Shown one piece after another: positions 58,846-64,000 of a stretch of 64,000 bases of DNA. Numbering within the stretch: the stretch's first letter is position 1; every line of letters starts with the position of its first letter. A model generated the notes under the pieces. The model had not been told where the DNA came from. It did not search any database and saw nothing but the letters and a program-made list of their open reading frames with translations. Origin of the DNA: a virus; IMG/VR virus record IMGVR_UViG_3300035670_000132, positions 14,513 through 78,512 of that record; one strand, 5' to 3'. Made by a program: the position numbers and the translations under genes.

Positions 58846-59316
58846 ATGATTTCATTAGATCAGAAAAAAGTAATGATGGGCAATCTCGGTGAGCGCATTG
58901 TTTCCGATGTGCTTCGTGAACAAGGATATGATGTTCAATTGTCATACGATCCATTCGACAACAAAAAAGATTTCACTGTAAATGGCGCTTCAGTAGAAGT
59001 AAAGACACAAGTTCCATTTTATTCAAGAAATTCATTCTCTGTGAATATAACTCAGCGAAAAAAATTAAGCACTGTCGATTTTATCGTGTTCATTGCTGTA
59101 CCGTCACAAGCGTTGACTAAAGTGACAAAAACGAATTATGACGGTAAAATTTATGCAGCTAAATCAAGTGAATTGCTGGTAAAAAACTACACTACTCGCG
59201 ACGGCCGACAAATGATCTTAATTCCGATTAATCAAGAGGCAATGCTGCATTGCCATACTATTACTGATATCAATACGTTAAATCATCTAAGAAATTTAAC
59301 TTCCAGTAAGGCATGA
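58846..59316 (+). CDS. PD-(D/E)XK-fold nuclease-like protein inserted between gp44 and gp62
   Basis: GNLGE.IV...KDFTV...VEVKTQ motif; AT-rich with several TTAA. Confidence 0.6.
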   Translation: MISLDQKKVMMGNLGERIVSDVLREQGYDVQLSYDPFDNKKDFTVNGASVEVKTQVPFYSRNSFSVNITQRKKLSTVDFIVFIAVPSQALTKVTKTNYDGKIYAAKSSELLVKNYTTRDGRQMILIPINQEAMLHCHTITDINTLNHLRNLTSSKA

Positions 59317-59732
59317 CTCCGTTCGATCACATCAAAGCGATTACTGAGACTAAGACAAACACAGTCTTAGGAACAGACAACGATGAATTGGCTCAAAAGT
59401 CTTATGAGCCGTTCGTCGTCAATCGCGGCCTCTCACTCTTCATTGATACTATTCTTCATGCGAACGAGATGAATCGTTTGAATCATCTCGACAAAGTTCC
59501 TCAATTCTCTTATTTGCTAAATAGCATCAGACCTAGAAAGCGATATGCAAAATGGGTGAAGAAGTCGTCAATGGACAAAGAAAAACTCATTGCGACATGC
59601 TACAACGTAAGTCTCAGCAAAGCAAAAGAGTATGCGAAGATACTAACTTCTGACCAAGTTGAGACTATGGCACAACTATTACAAAAAAATGAAGTGAGTA
59701 TCAAGGAGAAATCAAATGGAAGTAAGCATTGA
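59313..59732 (+). CDS. gp62: Clamp loader small subunit gp62
   Basis: PFDHIKAI, YEPFVVNRGLS...ANEMN, YLLNSIRPRKRYAKW. Confidence 0.92.
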   Translation: MTPFDHIKAITETKTNTVLGTDNDELAQKSYEPFVVNRGLSLFIDTILHANEMNRLNHLDKVPQFSYLLNSIRPRKRYAKWVKKSSMDKEKLIATCYNVSLSKAKEYAKILTSDQVETMAQLLQKNEVSIKEKSNGSKH

Positions 59733-60123
59733 AAGCCTATTGGAGGTCAGACTAAAACAAGAAGATGATTTTCTAAAAGTTAGAGAGACACTAACTCGCA
59801 TCGGTGTAGCATCACGCAAAGAGAAAAAACTCTATCAGTCTTGCCACATTCTTCATAAGCGAGGCAAGTATTATATCGTCCACTTCAAAGAGTTGTTCGC
59901 ACTTGACGGAAAGCCAACAGACTTTGACGACAGCGACAAGGGACGAAGAAACTCAATCGCTAATCTATTAGCAGAGTGGGGACTGATTGAGATTGTCGTG
60001 CCAGCTCAAGTGATTGAGCCAAAAGCGCCGATGTCTCAGATTAAGATCATTTCGTATTCTGACAAAAACAACTGGGAACTAATCACCAAATACAATATTG
60101 GTGTAAAGAAGAAACGAGATTGA
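59716..60123 (+). CDS. regA: Translational repressor RegA
   Basis: DDFLKVRETLTRIGVAS, LYQSCHILHKRGKYYIVHFKELFALDG, KYNIG. Confidence 0.96.
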   Translation: MEVSIESLLEVRLKQEDDFLKVRETLTRIGVASRKEKKLYQSCHILHKRGKYYIVHFKELFALDGKPTDFDDSDKGRRNSIANLLAEWGLIEIVVPAQVIEPKAPMSQIKIISYSDKNNWELITKYNIGVKKKRD

Positions 60124-60126
60124 TAC

Positions 60127-60155
60127 TTGACATCGTGATAGAAATTTGATACAAT
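60127..60155 (+). promoter_or_regulatory. Sigma70-type early promoter
   Basis: TTGACA-N17-TACAAT with TGn. Confidence 0.8.
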
Positions 60156-60211
60156 TTTGATCGAGACAAGTTCTCAAGCACATATTATTTTTAACTGAAA
60201 GGACTATAAAC

Positions 60212-60439
60212 ATGGCATTCGTAACATCATCAAAGACTCAAAAAGAAATTCTTCTATCGTATCTTCGAGGAACATCGCGTGTTCTGAGTGCATCTCAAGC
60301 ACTTTCTATGTTTGGAGTTAAAAATCTTAGCGCAAGAATGAGCGAACTACGCCGATCTGGATATACTGTTCGCTTATCAAAAAATAAGAGCGGAAAAACT
60401 ACATATTCCATTTTTGATCAAGCAGACGTCAAAAAGTAA
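60212..60439 (+). CDS. Small winged helix-turn-helix protein
   Basis: QKEILLSYL...LSASQA..FGVKNLSARMSELRRSGY. Confidence 0.75.
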   Translation: MAFVTSSKTQKEILLSYLRGTSRVLSASQALSMFGVKNLSARMSELRRSGYTVRLSKNKSGKTTYSIFDQADVKK

Positions 60440-60447
60440 TATAAATA
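60440..60447 (+). promoter_or_regulatory. Late promoter TATAAATA ahead of the hsp20 leader
   Basis: Exact consensus. Confidence 0.75.
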
Positions 60448-60451
60448 CACA

Positions 60452-60680
60452 TATCTCACTCGGGATGGGAACGTAAGATTAGCCGGCACAACGATATGGT
60501 GCCCCTGTACTTCGGTAAGCAGGACTAATTCATCCCCTACCTTGGGAACGTTTGTCGCTACGATAAAAGGCGTCAACTGGCGGCTGCTGCCAGGATTGTA
60601 TTCAACGCCAAGGATATGATCAAGTGAGCACCTTACGCCTTTTGGGTAAGGAATCAACATCACTCGCTTAATAAAGGAGA
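60452..60680 (+). ncRNA. Candidate structured cis-regulatory RNA (tandem two-unit leader) upstream of hsp20
   Basis: GC-richer 230-nt noncoding stretch with nested stems gggatg/catccc, ggcac/gtgcc, cctg/cagg, ccttgg/ccaagg, ctggc/gccag, ccttac/gtaagg; repeated TGGGAACGT and ACGATA. Confidence 0.6.
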
Positions 60681-60687
60681 AACTATT

Positions 60688-61164
60688 ATGACACATCTAT
60701 CTGTATTCGGTCCAGGATTCAAGGAATTTGACAAGTATTTTGTCGGCTTTGAGGACCAATTCAATCGCCTATCTAAGATGCATGACGATCTAACGAAGGG
60801 CATTCCTAACTATCCTCCATACAATATCAAGAAGACTGGCGAAAACACATACGCCATCGAGCTTGCTGTTGCTGGCTTTGGTAAGCAGGACATCGAGATT
60901 GAACTAGAAGATGGCAAGCTAGTCGTGAAGGGTTCAACATCAGACAACACTGACGAGAACTATCTATTCAAAGGCATCGCAAATCGCGCATTCACTCGCG
61001 CATTCGCATTGAATGATCAAATCGAAGTCAAAGACGCAGAAATGATCAATGGCATGCTCAAAATTTTCTTAGAGCGTATCATTCCAGAGCATAAGAAGCC
61101 AAAGAAGATTGCAGTCAAAGAGAAAGCTGAGAAGACTTCTTCTAAGCAATATTTGACTGAATAA
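60688..61164 (+). CDS. hsp20: Small heat shock protein Hsp20 (IbpA-like)
   Basis: NYPPYNI, IELAVAGF, GIANRAFTRAF, NGMLKI.LERIIPEHKKPKKI. Confidence 0.95.
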   Translation: MTHLSVFGPGFKEFDKYFVGFEDQFNRLSKMHDDLTKGIPNYPPYNIKKTGENTYAIELAVAGFGKQDIEIELEDGKLVVKGSTSDNTDENYLFKGIANRAFTRAFALNDQIEVKDAEMINGMLKIFLERIIPEHKKPKKIAVKEKAEKTSSKQYLTE

Positions 61165-61166
61165 TC

Positions 61167-61280
61167 ATGTTAGCATTCATCAAAGACGTATTCAGCGCTT
61201 TACTTCATTACTCAAGAGAGTATAATGATTATAAAGATGAGCAACTGAAAAAAATTGGTTATATCGAGCGTTGGTACTGA
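61167..61280 (+). CDS. Small hypothetical protein (37 aa, not in ORF track)
   Basis: MLAFIKDVFSALLHYSREYNDYKDEQLKKIGYIERWY*; fills the gap between hsp20 and the terminator. Confidence 0.45.
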   Translation: MLAFIKDVFSALLHYSREYNDYKDEQLKKIGYIERWY

Positions 61281-61287
61281 AGCATTC

Positions 61288-61308
61288 TGGGGGCGCAAGC
61301 CCCCATTT
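61288..61308 (+). terminator. Terminator-like hairpin
   Basis: tgggggc-gcaa-gccccca followed by ttt. Confidence 0.7.
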
Positions 61309-61326
61309 AGTTTATGAAGGAACATC

Positions 61327-61698
61327 ATGAATCCATTTATTGATCAAGCTACATTTATGACATCATGTGATCAAACTATCGGATTGAACAATCCATCTCA
61401 GTTTGCACTGTATAACAAACTCATTGAAGAAGAAGTTGATGAGCTATTTGCTGCGACTCGCGACAATGATCGAGTTGAGCAATTAGACGCATTGATTGAC
61501 ATTCTCGTCGTCACGATTGGAGCGCTTCACAGTATGGGCGTAGATCCACAAGCCGCGTGGAGAGAAGTCATGTCTACTAACTTCGCGAAGATTGATCCAG
61601 TCACGGGAAAAGTTCGCAAGCGTGAAGATGGTAAAGTTCTAAAGCCAGAGGGCTGGAAAGCACCAAACCTAAAACAATTCATTTTTGGAGCAGTATAA
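61327..61698 (+). CDS. MazG-like / PRA-PH NTP pyrophosphohydrolase
   Basis: LIEEEVDEL, EQLDALIDI, NFAK, REDGKVLKP.GW. Confidence 0.85.
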   Translation: MNPFIDQATFMTSCDQTIGLNNPSQFALYNKLIEEEVDELFAATRDNDRVEQLDALIDILVVTIGALHSMGVDPQAAWREVMSTNFAKIDPVTGKVRKREDGKVLKPEGWKAPNLKQFIFGAV

Positions 61699-61702
61699 TA
61701 TC

Positions 61703-62002
61703 ATGGCAAAAATCCAACTACTAAGAACTCTCGTCGGAGAAGACATCGTTGCTGAAATTCTCAGCGAAGACGGTTCTACACTGACAGTGAAGAATCCATG
61801 TCAAATCGCACTCGTGATGATGGAGAACGGTCAGCCCAATCTAAACATTCAGCGCATGTTGACTTTCTCTCCAGCGACTGAGGTTGCGATGAACAAGTCA
61901 TTGCTTCTATACATCACAGAGGTTGACCCGAAGATTGAAGCCAAGTATAATGAGATATTTGGCAATATCATCGTAGCTCAACCTAGGATCTTCACTGGAT
62001 GA
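61703..62002 (+). CDS. Conserved hypothetical protein upstream of gp43
   Basis: LLRTLVGEDIVAE...VKNP; GGAG RBS; synteny. Confidence 0.72.
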   Translation: MAKIQLLRTLVGEDIVAEILSEDGSTLTVKNPCQIALVMMENGQPNLNIQRMLTFSPATEVAMNKSLLLYITEVDPKIEAKYNEIFGNIIVAQPRIFTG

Positions 62003-64000
62003 AATTTTACACGCACTTTGCAAGAAAAGGTAAGTTTGTACTTGAACGCGGCTACAATAACGGCAAGCGTTTTCAGCGCCGTGTTGAGTACAAGCCTACG
62101 CTATATGTTCCGTCTAAGGACAATCGCGAAACTGAATTTCGCACTCTACTAGGAGAAGCTGTTCATGCTATGAATTTCGATAGCATGAATGAAGCAGCCG
62201 ACTTCATGAGCAACTATGAAGATGTTGACAACTTCAAGATTTACGGCTCTACAAACTTCCCATACATTTACATTCATGGGCAATATCCAGATGGTGTCGA
62301 GTATGACACCGACTTGTTGAAGATTATCAACATTGACATCGAGGTCGGCTCTGAGAACGGCTTTCCTGAGCCATCAAAAGCTACAGAACCAATCACTGCG
62401 ATCACAATGAAAGTCGATGGACATTATCATGTCATTGGCTGCGGCGAGTATGTAAACACTCGCAAAGATGTAACATATTCAAAGTGCGACGATGAGCGTC
62501 AGCTAATCATGAAGTTTCTCGAATTGTGGGAACTTTTTGATGCTGACATCATCACTGGTTGGAACGTGCAGTTCTTCGATATTCCATATCTACACAATCG
62601 CATCGTTAGACTGTTGGGTGAGAATACAGTAACACGATTGTCTCCTTGGAAAATGATCACTTCGCGAACCACAAAAGTGAACAATCGTGAGCAGACTGTT
62701 TATGAATTGCTTGGCATCGTTGTTCTAGACTATCTTGAGCTATACAAGAAGTTTACGTATTCGCAACAAGAAAACTATCGTCTAGACACAATCGCTAACG
62801 TAGAACTTGGCGAGAACAAGCTAGACTACTCAGAGTTCGAAAACTTGCACCAATTGTATCGACTAGACTATCAAAAATTCATTGACTATAACATCAAAGA
62901 CGTTGATCTAGTTGACAGACTTGAAGATAAGATGAAACTAATTGAAATGGTGTTAGCACTCGCATATGACGCTAAAGTGAATTTGAATGACGTTTTCACT
63001 CAAGTTCGGATGTGGGACACGCTAACTCACAATCATCTGATGGGCAGAAACATCGTTGTTCCTCAGAAAAAGCACTCATCGAAAGACGATGCATACGAAG
63101 GTGCGTATGTCAAAGAGCCTAAGCCGGGCATGTATCATTACGTTGCATCATTCGATTTGAATAGTCTGTATCCACATTTGATCATGCAATACAACATCAG
63201 CCCAGATACTATTGTCGATGCATTGCATACGCATGTGACAATTGATTCTTTGCTGAACAGAGAATTTGTGAACGACACCGAATATTGCATGGCAGCTAAC
63301 GGACACTACTTTCGTAAAGACAAGCAAGGCTTTCTGCCAGAAATGATGCAGACAATGTATGATGATCGATCAAAGTATAAGAAGCTAATGCTTGAATGGC
63401 AGAAGAAGAAAGAAGTCGCAAAGACTGCTGATGAAAAGTATGAGTGTGAAAAGAAGATTTCAAAATACAAGAATCTTCAGATGGCTAAGAAAGTTCAGCT
63501 AAACTCTGCTTATGGTGCGCTAGGCAATCAATACTTCCGCTTCTATGACTTGCGACAAGCTGAAGCGATCACTTTGTCTGGGCAGCTATCCATTCGTTGG
63601 ATTGAAGCTAAGATGAACGCATACATGAACAAAGTTCTGAAGACAGACTCTGTTGATTACATCATCGCATCAGACACAGATTCAATCTATCTGCATCTCG
63701 GTCCATTGGTCGAAAAAGTCTACGGCACTGATGTAGACAAGATGAATCAAGTTCAAATCATCGACTTTATGGATAAAGTCTGCGACGGCAAGATCCAAGA
63801 AGTCATCGATAATTCATATCAAGACTTAGCAGATTACATGAACGCATATGCGCAGAAGATGCAAATGAAGCGTGAAGTCTTAGCCGACAAGGGTATCTGG
63901 ACAGCAAAGAAGCGATACATCCTGAACGTCTATGACAGCGAAGGTGTTCGCTACGCTGAGCCTAAACTCAAAGTGATGGGTCTAGAAATCGTAAAGTCTT
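61999..64000 (+). CDS. gp43: Family B DNA polymerase gp43 (3'-truncated; not in ORF track)
   Basis: MKFYT start at 61999; exonuclease IDIEV and ITGWNV..FDIPY; motif A SFDLNSLYP; motif B KKVQLNSAYG; motif C ASDTDS; KKRY. Confidence 0.96.
   Translation, partial: MKFYTHFARKGKFVLERGYNNGKRFQRRVEYKPTLYVPSKDNRETEFRTLLGEAVHAMNFDSMNEAADFMSNYEDVDNFKIYGSTNFPYIYIHGQYPDGVEYDTDLLKIINIDIEVGSENGFPEPSKATEPITAITMKVDGHYHVIGCGEYVNTRKDVTYSKCDDERQLIMKFLELWELFDADIITGWNVQFFDIPYLHNRIVRLLGENTVTRLSPWKMITSRTTKVNNREQTVYELLGIVVLDYLELYKKFTYSQQENYRLDTIANVELGENKLDYSEFENLHQLYRLDYQKFIDYNIKDVDLVDRLEDKMKLIEMVLALAYDAKVNLNDVFTQVRMWDTLTHNHLMGRNIVVPQKKHSSKDDAYEGAYVKEPKPGMYHYVASFDLNSLYPHLIMQYNISPDTIVDALHTHVTIDSLLNREFVNDTEYCMAANGHYFRKDKQGFLPEMMQTMYDDRSKYKKLMLEWQKKKEVAKTADEKYECEKKISKYKNLQMAKKVQLNSAYGALGNQYFRFYDLRQAEAITLSGQLSIRWIEAKMNAYMNKVLKTDSVDYIIASDTDSIYLHLGPLVEKVYGTDVDKMNQVQIIDFMDKVCDGKIQEVIDNSYQDLADYMNAYAQKMQMKREVLADKGIWTAKKRYILNVYDSEGVRYAEPKLKVMGLEIVKS

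Noticed and set aside
60452-60680. tRNA or guanidine-II (mini-ykkC) riboswitch
   Set aside because: No cloverleaf with a GTTCRA T-arm and CCA end; ACGA lies in 9-11 nt loops, not the ACGR tetraloops required
895-62684. Many minus-strand and nested ORFs in the ORF track (e.g. 2456-3097, 28770-29483, 53535-54206, 60418-60696)
   Set aside because: They lie antisense to or inside well-supported + strand genes, have no recognisable motifs, and are explained by the codon bias of the sense gene
22128-64000. Introns or inteins in terminase, portal, capsid, UvsW, gp46 or polymerase genes
   Set aside because: Reading frames are continuous with normal lengths and motif spacing
1-64000. Stop-codon reassignment
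   Set aside because: Core genes translate full-length in the standard code, and TAA, TGA and TAG all appear as gene ends

Overview
This window is a 64-kb segment of a large T4-like (Tevenvirinae/Kyanoviridae-type gene set) myovirus genome, coded almost entirely on the + strand. In order: the end of a baseplate/virion protein; a long tail fibre; an array of six paralogous LamG/ConA-like lectin genes interrupted by a DSBH oxygenase-like gene and an ILEI/GG-lectin-like gene; a second fibre with an S74 chaperone, a beta-propeller adhesin and a membrane-anchored papain-like protease; the core late block (gp13-gp20, two gp19 paralogs); a ~8.5-kb unexplained module between the portal and prohead genes (collagen-like, SPOUT-like, several large unknown proteins); gp21-gp23, gp3, uvsY/uvsW, gp55, gp47/46, peptide deformylase and dCMP deaminase; a candidate DNA-hypermodification cluster (partner protein + SAM methyltransferase + GREB1/TAGT-like glycosyltransferase); a GC-richer early block (cobT/cobS-like); gp45/dsbA/gp44/gp62/regA, hsp20, MazG-like; and the 5' part of gp43. 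The most notable observations are strong avoidance of TTAA with sharply bounded TTAA-rich islands marking recent imports, a tandem two-unit structured RNA leader upstream of hsp20, a 16-bp hairpin that encloses a late promoter and masks the gp13 RBS, the lectin array, the portal-linked module and the glycosyl/methyl DNA-modification cluster. All product calls come from motif recognition and synteny; no database searches were run.
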